64,000 bases of DNA, from assembly GCA_965222375.1 (NCBI GenBank), contig CBDCTZ010000016.1, positions 2,368,001 through 2,432,000 on the forward strand, in the 5' to 3' direction. The translations under genes were made by a program, and so were the position numbers. Within the stretch, counting starts at the first letter, position 1; each line of letters opens with the position of its first letter. The DNA comes from Polyangiaceae bacterium. GTDB taxonomy: Bacteria; Myxococcota_A; Polyangia; Polyangiales; Polyangiaceae. Below the pieces are notes generated by a model. It saw only the letters and a list, made by a program, of their open reading frames with translations, did no database searches and was not told where the DNA came from. This document shows, piece by piece, positions 8,307-18,509 of this stretch.

Positions 8307-9572
8307 TCACGGCCCACACGCCAGCGTGGCGGAGCTGTCGCCGAGCTGCAGCCAAATCCCAGAACTGGGCCGAAGCCTCAGTCGCGGCGCTGTGCTCGGG
8401 CTCGCCGTGATGATCTCGTCTTTCAGTGCTTTGGGCCCGACAGTAGACTCGGTCAACGAGTAAAGCATGCTGCGGGGCGGGTCCACGAGAGCGTTCCCGA
8501 CAAGACGGTAGCTGCGGACAACCTTGTGCCCAGCGGAACTGGTCAGAGACAGCTGGAGGGATGCACGCACCGGAACCTTGCCCGGGCTTTGGCTTTGGCC
8601 GAGCTTAGTGTGCAGAGTCAGCACTGCTTCCGCGTCGAACTGAACGCCCGCCGTCGCAAAGGTTCTACTCGCCTTTGCTCGGCCCGCAAGGAAATCTGCC
8701 ACTGAAAAGCAGAGGCTCTGCATAGTCATCGACGGCACTCCGTGATCTGGCAAGGCGACCGCGATGGACCATGCCAGCGGTCGCTTTGGCAACCGCTCGG
8801 GCAAGAATCCGCCGGAATCTCCTTCGTGAACGGCCTCGAGTCCCATCGGTGGGTCGCCGTGAGCCAGATCCCGCGCCGCGCGCAGCACGCCGCGCGCAAG
8901 GGCTGCGTTGATGGGCATGGATTGGGGCCCAATGTCTGCGTCCGGATCATCAAGTGGGACCTTCGCCCAATAGGTCTTGTGCGCTGGCGTGGTTTTGGAA
9001 CCGCTCACTGTCTTCGTACCCGCTCCCCAGATCCCGCTGACTCGACTGAAGTCCCGGTTGAGTTCCATAGCGGACTCAGTTTCGACAAACACGGCGTCCG
9101 CACCGCGTGTGGTGACGGGCGTGAGCTGGCGCACGATGGCACGTCGAAACGCTCCGCGTAACTCCAAATCTGCACGGCGCGGCGCGAAGTGCTTTCGAAC
9201 GCGCTCTGCAGCGGCCGCCCCACTTGCGGGCACCTTTGGCAGACTTAGGGGAAGCGCAGCGCGGCTGTTCCAATCCTCTGTCTCGACCAAGAGTACTTGG
9301 TCGCGGTGGACTTGCACGTTGTGGTACCGCACGCCTCCGGGACCGTGGACCCAGACCCGGAACTCGTGCAGGAACTCTCCGACTTCCGCAACGTACACAT
9401 AGTTACGGTAGGGCCTGAGCGAATCAGGTGCGTGCTGGTAGCTGGTTGGAGGCTTGGGTTTTCCTGGACTGGCAGCTGCAGCGGCAGCAGCGGGGCTTCG
9501 TCCCCCGCAGGCGACTGCCAACAAGCCGAGCGCGGCGACGGAGCACGCTCGGCGCAACAAAAGTGGGCGCAT
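8307..9572 (-). CDS. Hypothetical lipoprotein
   Basis: Signal with lipobox LLAVAC; long open frame; start inferred at MRPLLL. Confidence 0.55.
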   Translation of the reverse strand: MRPLLLRRACSVAALGLLAVACGGRSPAAAAAAASPGKPKPPTSYQHAPDSLRPYRNYVYVAEVGEFLHEFRVWVHGPGGVRYHNVQVHRDQVLLVETEDWNSRAALPLSLPKVPASGAAAAERVRKHFAPRRADLELRGAFRRAIVRQLTPVTTRGADAVFVETESAMELNRDFSRVSGIWGAGTKTVSGSKTTPAHKTYWAKVPLDDPDADIGPQSMPINAALARGVLRAARDLAHGDPPMGLEAVHEGDSGGFLPERLPKRPLAWSIAVALPDHGVPSMTMQSLCFSVADFLAGRAKASRTFATAGVQFDAEAVLTLHTKLGQSQSPGKVPVRASLQLSLTSSAGHKVVRSYRLVGNALVDPPRSMLYSLTESTVGPKALKDEIITASPSTAPRLRLRPSSGIWLQLGDSSATLACGP

Positions 9573-9946
9573 TGCGCGTTGTACGCCCGGCAGTGTTTCT
9601 AGCTTCCTGCTTGGAATGTCGACTGCTTTTAGCGTTCGGGCCATGTCCGGTGATGTATTTGCACGACCTGCGGAGCATGTAAAAGAACGGCCTGCTCTGG
9701 GTTGGTCCCAATACGCAACACCAGCTTGAACGCTCCCACGTTTGTCGACTCGAGAGCAAGCCGCACCGCCCGCGCACCGCAAGACCAGGTTCGGCCAGCA
9801 AAGCCTCGGAATTGTGCTCGCGAACGCGCTCGCTCCAGGACACGAACCGATCCCAATTCCGGACTTCACCGATCGCCCACGCTTTCGTTTCATAGCGAGC
9901 TGGGTGTACTCGCGTGTCAGCTCCTCGCTCCTGGTGGCGTTCGCTT

Positions 9947-10064
9947 TCGCTAGGCCGCGGTGGTCCAGACCTCACGCTCAAGGCCGTGAATCAGCTGCGT
10001 GGCATGAGCGGCGCTGGGCATGCCGGCCAGCTCTCGCACCGCAGTGGCGGGCTCGGCTTGCACC
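9947..10064 (-). pseudogene. Duplicated 3' end of the ferritin-like gene
   Basis: ~117 bp nearly identical to 11193-11310, including the stop codon. Confidence 0.85.
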
Positions 10065-10095
10065 CCACAGTAAAACGAATTTCGTCACGTCTTTC

Positions 10096-10153
10096 TGGGT
10101 TTGGTTTGAGTCGTATTTGGCGCTCCCTGTTGCCGCGCAACAGTGATGGGTCG
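10096..10153 (-). mobile_element. R end (copy B)
   Basis: Reverse strand reads CGACCCATCACTGTTGCGCGGCAACAGGGAGCGCCAAATACGACTCAAACCAAACCCA. Confidence 0.75.
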
Positions 10154-10603
10154 AGGCGGCTCTGGCAAACCAGCGTCCGCGACTATGCACCTGGTGGATC
10201 GCGCTCGGGTGCTCGGCCGATGGCCTGCGCGTGACCCTTGCGCGTAGGCGAACTCCAAAGACAGTGGCGTTGGCTTCTGCTCAGCCCAACGGTGCGAACG
10301 GTGTCTCTCCGGTGCCAAAGCGTGAAAGCCGGCGGCGCGCGCGGAATCAACGAACCCAATGCGCCGTAGGCGCGGTCCGCGCACGTCCTGCGCGCCTGGA
10401 GGCGCGCGCCCGAGAGTGTCCGCTTGGTCTCGTCGAGCCAAGCGAAGACGCAAAGCGTGCCGGCAGCGGAACTCTACTTGCGGCACCACTCGCCCTGCCT
10501 CGAGCCTCCCCTCGTTAGGTGCAGCCGACCCTCGTCGTGGCATAGCTCGTGCTTCAAGACGTTGTGGAAACGATGTCCAGATCACCACCACGACGGAGGC
10601 CGC

Positions 10604-10675
10604 ATGACTAAGGGAAACGAATACGACGTCATCGTCATTGGGTCCGGCATGGGCGGCTTGACAACGGCGCGATGA
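10604..10675 (+). pseudogene. N-terminal fragment of FAD-dependent oxidoreductase (phytoene desaturase-like)
   Basis: GGAGG RBS, then MTKGNEYDVIVIGSGMGGLTTA* (GxGxxG), truncated. Confidence 0.6.
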
Positions 10676-11076
10676 CCGGTGCGCTCGATCCCGGCGATGC
10701 TGGCTCGTTCACGGTGACCGTTTACACGTTCAAGCATTTCACGGCGCCTACCATGCGCGGCTTCGACTACGTGCCGCGACTCGTGGCCGAGCCCGTCGTG
10801 ATGCGCCCCCGCCGCGACGTGCGATGTGGCGAAGGAAAAGTCACGCTGACGTCGTCGCCGTACGACCCCTTGGGAGAGGTGCCCGTCGGCGAGCTGATCG
10901 TCTCTGCATACGGCCGATTCGACAACACGATGTTGCCCGGAGAGGTGGTCGGACGGGCCTGGTGGCTCCCTGGCTTCTTGAAGCACGCCTTCTTCAAGGT
11001 CGATGTGGCGGCGGCGAAGCTCGGCTGGCTGGATGAAGCTCCGTCGCCTGACCCTTGGGGCAAACCCAAGCGCTAG
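10672..11076 (+). pseudogene. C-terminal fragment of acetoacetate decarboxylase-family protein
   Basis: FDYVPRLV...GEGKVTLTSSPYDPLGEVPV pattern; N-terminal half absent. Confidence 0.55.
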
Positions 11077-11195
11077 CTTAGGCCTGGGGGGGCGTAGGGC
11101 GTTGGACAGCCTACCGGTGCTCTCCAGGGGGCCCGTAGTGCCAGCGACGAAAACCGCGATGGAAGGACGCCTGCTCGCTGTGGCCCAGCAACTCG

Positions 11196-12637
11196 CTAGG
11201 CCGCGGCGGACCAGACCTCACGCTCGAGGCCGTGAATCAGCTGCGTGGCATGAGCGGCGCTGGGCATGCTGGCTAGCTCTCGCACCGCAGTGGCGGGCTC
11301 GGCTTGCACCTCGCGGTACAGTTCGTCGATGGCGCGACGTCGTGCGGCCTCCACTTGTTCGCGCTCCGTGGGGGAGAGTTGCGGCAGGAGCCACGCGTCG
11401 AGGTCGTGCGACAGCAAAGCGTGCGCCGTTTCCTCCTCCGCGATGTGCTGCCAGGCGCTGCGCACGTCGGTGTCATTGGCGGTGGTGGCTTGGTAGTGCG
11501 CACACAGCGCACCGTAGGTTTCTCGCACGCAACCCTCCACGGCGTTGTCCAGAGCCATTGCCAGCAGGCTGCGTGGCGGACGTAACTCCACGGACACGGC
11601 GGCGGGCTCTGCACCGTGGCGGCGCGCGAGATCACCGGTGACCTTCGCGTGGCGCACTTCATCGCGGCAGGCGCGTCGTGCGCGCTCGATCAGCTGAGGT
11701 GGCGCGCCGTGGGCGACGAGCTCGCGTTCCAACAATGCAAAGGCGACCACCGCGGCACCTTCCAAGTGGCAAATGTAGGCCAAGTAACGGCCCAGCGCGT
11801 CGTCTGCGGCGCAAGCCGCCGCGGGGGCCAAACCGTCGGGTCGTCGTCCTGCACAACCGCCACCAACTTCGGGCTCGGCTAGCGCGGTGGTGGTCACCTT
11901 GCGTCCGGCCCTACGACTGCGCGCAGCTTCTGCCAGGTGAACGGGCAGTCGTTGATCATCCAGCGGCCGTCGGCGGTGTAGCCGCTGGGGCTCTCGTAGA
12001 TCTCTCCGCATTTGACGGGCTTGTGGTTCATCCAGAGCACGATCGCGGCTTCGTTCGGCGTGTCGATCGTGCCCAAGAACTTCAAGAGATCTGCAGCCGT
12101 GGAAACGTCATCCACTGCGTCGCCCTGCGTGCGCACGTAGTAGTGGTACTCCGGCGTTCCGCCCGTAGTGCCGAAGCCGTACTCGGTACACGTTCCGGGC
12201 TTCGGTTGCTGGTAGCAGTCGGGACCAGCGCTCGCCACCGCTCCAGCGCACGCCGTCGGATCCGTTGCCGTCTTGCACTGCGTGCCCGACTCGTCGACCA
12301 GCTCTGGCGCCGAAAAACCTCCGCGCATCAGCGCCAAGTACTCGTAGGGCTCTGTTGCGGACAGGCCGGAGGTGTACTTGGGGGTTTCGCCCTCGCACTC
12401 CATGGTCACCGGTGCGCCACCCAGGCCGGCCATGCCTCCGGCGGCGCCACCCGCACCTCCGCTCGAGCCGCCGGCGCCCCCGGTCGTTCCGGCACTGCCA
12501 CCAGTCGCGCCTTCGCTACCGCTGGTGGCGCCTGCGCTACCGCCCGCGCCTGCCCCGTCGGTCGAGCCTCCGCAGGCCGAACTCAGCGTGGTGGCCACGA
12601 TGCCACCGAGGATTGTGTTCATGGATCGCAACTTCAT
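11196..12637 (-). pseudogene. Lipoprotein with C-terminal ferritin-like domain, single frameshift near 11901
   Basis: Lipobox LSSAC and Gly linker. Second frame has GRRPDGL, LEGAAVVAF, DEVRHA, NAVEGCVRETYGAL, EETAHA. GAC GC AAG needs one extra base to join the frames. Confidence 0.75.
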
Positions 12638-12918
12638 GCAGTCCTCTTACGCAATCCTCATGCCACGCCTCTGGCGTTACGAACCGCTTGCAAATACAGC
12701 AAAGGGGGTGGGCGCGTGGTACAGCGTGGCACTGATTCGGACATGCCGGCCGGGAGGTCCGTTCTGCGGACATGTTGGTAGCTCGAGCTGATTGCCGGGA
12801 GCGGGAGGGTTTTGTTTGCGGCGTTGTTGGCGGGTAGCTCGGCCACGACTCGTGCTCGGTGCGACGAATGACTGGAGAGCACCCCGAGCCGGGGTGGACG
12901 AAGTCCAGCTTGCTGGAC

Positions 12919-12993
12919 GCTGTTCGTGCAGAAGGTTCCTTCAGGGCCGTGCAGATAAGGCGATGCGTCCGGACGGATGAGGCCGGCTGCCGC
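12919..12993 (+). repeat. Dispersed ~75-bp repeat, copy 1
   Basis: Aligns without gaps to 15466-15540; shared core AAGGCGATGCGTCCGGA. Confidence 0.6.
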
Positions 12994-13122
12994 CGCGGGA
13001 TCGTCTGGATCGGGCAGTGGCGGCGCGTCGGGCAGCGGTGGCGCGTCAGGTAGCGGCGGCGCCGATGCCTTGCCCGGCGAATGGTCGCGTGGCATGACAG
13101 GCTCCGCTACTTGGAAGCTAAT

Positions 13123-13782
13123 ATGAACGTGCGTGTCTTTGGGGCAGTTTTCGTTCTTGCCGCGATGTTTTCGGCGTGCGGCGGTACATCGTCGTCGGAC
13201 GGCTCAGGCGGCGCGGGCGCTCAGGCAGGCAGCGGTGCAAACGCTAGTGGGGGGGCCGGCGCGGGCGCGGGCTCCGGTGGCACCGGCGCGACAAGCGGCG
13301 GCAGCGGTGGCGCTGTCGGTGGCAATGGTGGCGCGGGTGGCTCTGCGCTGACGAAGATTGAACAGTTCTGCGCGCAGTTGGACAAGCTGCCGTGCGTAGG
13401 CGACGGTTGCATCCAGGAAATCAACGCGATCGCGGCCGAAGCCGCCAACAGCGGCTGCACCGCCGAGTTCGAAGCCGTGCTCGACTGCAGCCTCGCAAAC
13501 CCCTTCCAGTGCGTAGACGGCCTGCCGCAGTCCCCCGCCGTCTGCAAGGCCGCAGAGAACACCTACGATGATTGCGTCTCGCCGAGTTCCTGCGCCGTTG
13601 GCGTCGGAAGTGGTCAATGCAGCCTCAGCTGCAACGGCTATGGCGCAAAGTGCCTGGAGTCGAGCGGAAGCTCCCTGTCGTGCTCTTGCACGGACGGTCC
13701 ACATGCGGGGACTAGCTTCCTCGTCCCAGGCACCTGCGGTGGCAACTGGAGGGACGAAGCCGACAAGAAGTGTGCTCCGTGA
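13123..13782 (+). CDS. Cys-rich lipoprotein with Gly/Ser linker
   Basis: Lipobox FSAC, GS linker, multiple Cys. Confidence 0.75.
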   Translation: MNVRVFGAVFVLAAMFSACGGTSSSDGSGGAGAQAGSGANASGGAGAGAGSGGTGATSGGSGGAVGGNGGAGGSALTKIEQFCAQLDKLPCVGDGCIQEINAIAAEAANSGCTAEFEAVLDCSLANPFQCVDGLPQSPAVCKAAENTYDDCVSPSSCAVGVGSGQCSLSCNGYGAKCLESSGSSLSCSCTDGPHAGTSFLVPGTCGGNWRDEADKKCAP

Positions 13783-14006
13783 CGACAGACGAGACTGCGC
13801 ATCCCACCTGGGACTTCGAAATGCTCGAGCAAGCCGCAGCGCAGGTGCTCCTCAAACTCGGCACCTTACGCCGACCGCATTTCGGATTGGCGTGAAGCGC
13901 TGATGCGGAGGTTGTCAACAAAAGCCGCCGCAGCGGACGTTCAGCCTCACAGGTGAAGATCGCGACGGGGTACGATTGCGCCGACCAAGCGGGGACTGGA
14001 GGAAGC

Positions 14007-15287
14007 ATGCAAGATCGATTCGATGCTGTTGTGATCGGCGGTGGACCAGCGGGGTCAACCGTTGGCACCATCGCCGCCCAGGCCGGCAGACGCATCTGTG
14101 TCCTTGAACGCGAAAACTTCCCTCGGTTCCATGTGGGCGAGTCGTTGCTGCCTCACAACAACGACCTCTTCGAGCGGCTCGGTGTCCTCGACAAGCTCCA
14201 CGACCGAGCAGTTCACGTTCGCAAGTACGGCGCGACCTTCATGGATGAGACTGGCGCTCGGCGCCAGACCTTCCGGTTCGACGAGGCGCTGAGCAAAGAT
14301 CATCCCTACGCTTTTCAGGTCGAACGGGCCGGGTTCGACCTGATGCTCCTGAATCGAGCCGCCGAGGTCGGAGCCGACGTGCGACAAGGATTCAAGGTTG
14401 TCGATCTGCTGCGTGACGGGAATCGCGTCGTCGGCGTCAAAGCCACCGATGCCGACGGCCAGTCCCACGAAATCGCTGCGAGCGTCGTGGTGGATGCGTC
14501 GGGTCGCGACACCTTCATGGCGTCACGGAAGAACCTGCGCGTGCCCCATCCGGAGCTGCGCAAGGCATGCGTATGGGCTCACTTCGGCGGCATCGAGCAA
14601 GAGCCCGGCGACGCCGCGGGGAACATTCGCATCATTGCCTTCAGCGACGGCTGGGCGTGGGTGATCCCCTTTGCGTCCGGCACCACCAGCGTTGGGCTCG
14701 TGCTGCATGCCAAGCGCTTCAAGCAGCGCTCCGGCGACATGCAGAGCTTCTGGGACGCGGAGGTCGCGCGGGCTCCAGCTCTCGCAGAGATCTTACGCCC
14801 TGCGAAGCGTACGACCGATCTGCAGACGATCAGTACCATTGCCTACACCACGAAGCAGTGGGCTGGCGATGGTTGGGTGGCCGTCGGCGACTCCGCCATC
14901 TTCCTCGATCCCGTGTTCTCGACCGGCGTGCTGCTTGCGATGACGTCGGGCGCGCTGGTGGGGGATATCATCGCGAGCGACGCCCGCTCCGATTGGAAGC
15001 CGAAGGCAGCGTCGTTCCGTAGCTACGAGCACACTATTCGATCGGCACTTGGCGAGGTCTATCCCTTCATCCAGGGGTTCTACGATCCTTCCTTCCTCGA
15101 ACAGTTCATGCAGCCCAGCGATTTCCTCGGAGCGCGGCGCGCCGTCACCTCACTGTTGGCGGGTGACGTCATCACGCAAAAACGATCCCATCGCTTGCGT
15201 CGCGCCGTCTTCTGGACCGGAGTTTGGAGGACCCGCCAGCGTCGGGCCGCGGAAAACAAATCCGTTGAGAGCACGCTGACTGATTGA
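14007..15287 (+). CDS. Flavin-dependent halogenase-like oxidoreductase
   Basis: GGGPAG, FPRFHVGES, RKYGA, GWAWVIP (WxWxIP), FLDPVFSTGV; GGAGG RBS. Confidence 0.8.
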   Translation: MQDRFDAVVIGGGPAGSTVGTIAAQAGRRICVLERENFPRFHVGESLLPHNNDLFERLGVLDKLHDRAVHVRKYGATFMDETGARRQTFRFDEALSKDHPYAFQVERAGFDLMLLNRAAEVGADVRQGFKVVDLLRDGNRVVGVKATDADGQSHEIAASVVVDASGRDTFMASRKNLRVPHPELRKACVWAHFGGIEQEPGDAAGNIRIIAFSDGWAWVIPFASGTTSVGLVLHAKRFKQRSGDMQSFWDAEVARAPALAEILRPAKRTTDLQTISTIAYTTKQWAGDGWVAVGDSAIFLDPVFSTGVLLAMTSGALVGDIIASDARSDWKPKAASFRSYEHTIRSALGEVYPFIQGFYDPSFLEQFMQPSDFLGARRAVTSLLAGDVITQKRSHRLRRAVFWTGVWRTRQRRAAENKSVESTLTD

Positions 15288-15465
15288 CCGCCGCCGGCCT
15301 ACACCGACATCGCCGATTGCTGCGCGAGACCGAAGGGCATCAGAGCGCGAAGCAGTAGAGGCGGCCGGAGCCGTTGGGTTGATCGAGGGCGCTCCTCCGC
15401 GACCTCGATGGTCTCTGCAGTCGCGCCCCTTGCTTCCAGGCCGCGGCGCAAGAGTAATGCCACGC

Positions 15466-15540
15466 GCTGTTCGCACACACGGCTCCCTCAGAGCCGCGTA
15501 GACAAGGCGATGCGTCCGGATGAATGAGGACAATTGCCGC
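15466..15540 (+). repeat. Dispersed ~75-bp repeat, copy 2
   Basis: See 12919-12993. Confidence 0.6.
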
Positions 15541-15678
15541 TGCACGTCCGGACCAATTCGGGACGAGTTCAGGCTTTGGCCGCACGGGACGCAGGTAATC
15601 TCGAGTGCCGCATGACGCATGGCGCGGAGGAGGGCTGCGTCGCTGCCCGTGGGTGCGGCTCTTGCAAGACGAGTCATC

Positions 15679-15995
15679 ATGCGGGTTGTCTTCCTCGTCG
15701 GTGTTCGGTTGGCAACGCTCTTGGGCATGGCCGCGCTGACTACGGCGTGCGGTGGCGAGGACTCAACGCAAGCAAAGGAGCTTGCCGGTTCGCACAGTCG
15801 CCCCCAGATAACTGGTGGTGCGCCGGCGACCCTCAGCGAGCTGCATTCTACGATCTGTATCTGGAGGCGCGAATTCTACTCGTGCGACTGCACAGGCACT
15901 CTGGTCGCGCCGACCGTCGTGGTGACTGCTGGCCATTGCGTGAAGATCCAAGAACACGGGAAGCTGCCCGCTGTCGTTGCGCCCGAGAGCCTCGG
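15679..15995 (+). pseudogene. N-terminal fragment of trypsin-like serine protease lipoprotein
   Basis: LTTAC lipobox, ITGG, CTGTLVAPTVVVTAGHC; no Asp or GDSGG motifs follow. Confidence 0.65.
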
Positions 15996-16670
15996 CGTGG
16001 TTGCTTGTGTAACGTCCGCGGACTCACAGGGGTCATGCTCGCTCGTTCGCGGGACACATTCGCGGCGCAGGAGCCTGGTATGGCTCGCGGTGTTGGGCGT
16101 GGCCGCGCGGCTGAGGCGTCGAGCGCAGCCAACTCCGCGCAGCGTATGGGGCTCGCCGAGTAGCCAGCAGGCTTTCGCGCCTGCGGCATACAGGGCGACT
16201 TCAACGGATCCCGGTCCAATCTCGGAGCGCTTGGGCGGCAAGACGATGCCTGCGCGACTCGCTCCGCTAATTGCGTGGCGCTGGGGCAGTCCTTTGCGCC
16301 CGCGTCACGTTCGACCCGGAGCCAGTTCGCGCTCGGTTCGGCCCCGTCCGACGCCGCGGCCGCTGCCGAAATGGCCGCCGCGAGCAGAAGCGCTCGCTGC
16401 GCTCGGCGGGCGCTACTAGACGCACTTTGGCCCATGACCCCCGCTTTGTTGCCGAGGGCAGGTCGTACGTTTAGGGCTGGATGCTGTTCACCGCGGCACG
16501 GAGTACAGGTTGTGCTCAAGCTGTCGGTCATTGATGGCCTGCGCTGGGTGGGTGCCTATGCCGCGCACTTGCGCGATGGACTGGTTGGGATGTCGGAGGC
16601 GGGCGAACCCGCGGACGGTTGTTGCGGAAGTGACAGCCGGAGCGGAGGGCGGCCCAGCAAACGTCGGCCA

Positions 16671-16730
16671 GCGACCCATCACTGTCGCGCGCTATCCGGG
16701 GAGCGCCAAATACGACTCAAACCAAACCAA
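16671..16730 (+). mobile_element. R end (copy C)
   Basis: GCGACCCATCACTGTCGCGCGCTATCCGGGGAGCGCCAAATACGACTCAAACCAAACCAA. Confidence 0.75.
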
Positions 16731-16966
16731 GCACAAGCCCCGGCGCGCCCCCAGTGTTCGAACACCTGTCGAACACCAGTGGCCGCCAATGGTCCAAAAA
16801 CCACGCCGAAATGCCTGGATATTGCCAGGATCGGACCGGCACGGATGGTGCAGGCCGTGCCTTGCATGAAACCCAGCGCAGAAACCCTTCTGGCCGTCGA
16901 GTACGTTCTGGTCGGCGACCAACGACTCCTCCAGCAGTCAATCGCTTCAAAGAGGGCACAGCGGCA

Positions 16967-17818
16967 ATGAGTCGGCATACCCTGTTGGTTCAGATGGCTG
17001 CTCTTGCTCTGGCGACATGCGGGGCCGGATGCGGCGACGATGGCGCGGACGCTGGGGGACGCCCAGCAGGCGTGGGCGGGTTCAGCACGGGCGGTTCAGC
17101 CACCGTTGGTAACGGCGCCGGCCATTGGGGGATGGCGGGCTCGAGCACCGGCGGTTCGAGCACCGGCGGTTCGGGCACCGCGGGCTCGAGCACCGGCGGT
17201 TCGGGCACCGCGGGCTCGAGCACCGGCGGTTCGGGCACCGCAGGCTCGAGCACGGGCGGTTCGAGCACGGGCGGCTCGAGCACGGGCGGCTCGAGCACGG
17301 GCGGTAGTGGTGGTGACTGCACACTGTGGGACTACAACGCCAACGCGCCCTGCCCGCCCGGCGTCTACAATTGCGATTGTGCTAGCGGATGTGGGTCGTC
17401 GTCGAGTTGTGGCGGCGGCGGCGGTGGTGACTGCACACTGTGGGACTACAACGCCAACGCGCCCTGCCCGCCCGGCGTCTACAATTGCGATTGTGCCAGC
17501 GGATGTGGGTCGTCGTCGAGTTGTGGCGGCGGCGGCAGCGGTGGCCCGAATCCAAGTGGGTACGAAACCAAGTTCCATCATACGGCGACCGGCTCGAGTG
17601 ATGGTGGCAAGTCCTTGGTGCTGTGCCCCGGGCAGACCATCAAGTTCGACTCGTGTGCCGTGGGTAGCGTGAAGATCCCGTGGCACGGGTACGACAACGG
17701 GAGGGAGACCTACTGGAACATGTCTCAAGAACCGGCTGGAGACATCGTCTGTACGAAGGGTGGGAAGAAATACAGGTACAGGGCTGACAAGACGTTCGTC
17801 TACGGCAAGTGCTCGTAA
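16967..17818 (+). CDS. Lipoprotein with GSSTG repeats and a tandem Cys-rich module
   Basis: GAGC lipobox, (GSSTG/GSGTA)n, duplicated DCTLWDYNANAPCPPGVYNCDCASGC. Confidence 0.75.
   Translation: MSRHTLLVQMAALALATCGAGCGDDGADAGGRPAGVGGFSTGGSATVGNGAGHWGMAGSSTGGSSTGGSGTAGSSTGGSGTAGSSTGGSGTAGSSTGGSSTGGSSTGGSSTGGSGGDCTLWDYNANAPCPPGVYNCDCASGCGSSSSCGGGGGGDCTLWDYNANAPCPPGVYNCDCASGCGSSSSCGGGGSGGPNPSGYETKFHHTATGSSDGGKSLVLCPGQTIKFDSCAVGSVKIPWHGYDNGRETYWNMSQEPAGDIVCTKGGKKYRYRADKTFVYGKCS
17309..17536 (+). repeat. Intragenic tandem repeat 2 x 114 bp
   Basis: Units start at 17309 and 17423; one synonymous difference seen (GCT/GCC). Confidence 0.9.
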
Positions 17819-18458
17819 CGTCATGGGTAGTGTGCCCAAACGAATGGCTGAGTTCCGTCGAGATTCCGTCCAGTCCGATCGCTCCGTCCGCCGCATCCAC
17901 GAAGTCGAGGGTGCCGTCGGCCTTTCGCTCGACACGGACCGGTAGCGGCTGTGCATGCTTGTCGAGCACAAACAGACGTTGGTTGGCTGTGGGCGTTGCG
18001 AGCTTCTGCGGTTGCGTGGCGGCGGATAGGTCTAGGTAGATGTCCACCTTTGGCGTCTCCGGTGTCGCCAGCTTGCCCAACGCAGGGCCGAGCTCGCCCG
18101 GTGCGTGTGTGGCTTGCTCGCCACTGCGGAGTACGGTTCTGAACGCGCCATCGGGCTCGTGCGCGAGATACGCCACGGCGCGCCCAGCGTCATCGGGAAT
18201 GAGCTTGAACAGTACGCCGGAGCGCTCCGCAGCAAGGGCCGCGCCTCCCGCGATGAGCGTGCCACCCTTGGCAGCTTTGCCTGCCGCAGCCGCGCCCTTG
18301 GCGCCCTTCGCGGCCTTGCCCGCTTTTGCGATGGCTTTTGCGATGGCGCCCACGATGGCCGCTTCGCTTGGGGCCGCCCACGAAGTCAGTGCGACGGCAA
18401 GCACCAAGAGCCGCCACAAACGGCGCGGCCCCGCCCAGCTCATGCGATCCCAGGCCAT
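17640..18458 (-). CDS. Hypothetical secreted protein, 3' end probably disrupted
   Basis: Signal peptide and Ala/Lys-rich helix; last ~60 codons overlap the opposing gene and look spurious. Confidence 0.4.
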   Translation of the reverse strand: MAWDRMSWAGPRRLWRLLVLAVALTSWAAPSEAAIVGAIAKAIAKAGKAAKGAKGAAAAGKAAKGGTLIAGGAALAAERSGVLFKLIPDDAGRAVAYLAHEPDGAFRTVLRSGEQATHAPGELGPALGKLATPETPKVDIYLDLSAATQPQKLATPTANQRLFVLDKHAQPLPVRVERKADGTLDFVDAADGAIGLDGISTELSHSFGHTTHDVTSTCRRRTSCQPCTCISSHPSYRRCLQPVLETCSSRSPSRCRTRATGSSRYPRHTSRT

Positions 18459-18509
18459 CTCGCCGCGATTGTACTCCGCATTGCGCGCAATGCTCCCCCC
18501 GCGCCTGAA

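Noticed and set aside
11890..11910. Programmed ribosomal frameshift
   Set aside because: No slippery heptamer is present.
16752..16770. GTTCGAA as a tRNA T-loop
   Set aside because: The flanks do not form a T-stem or cloverleaf.
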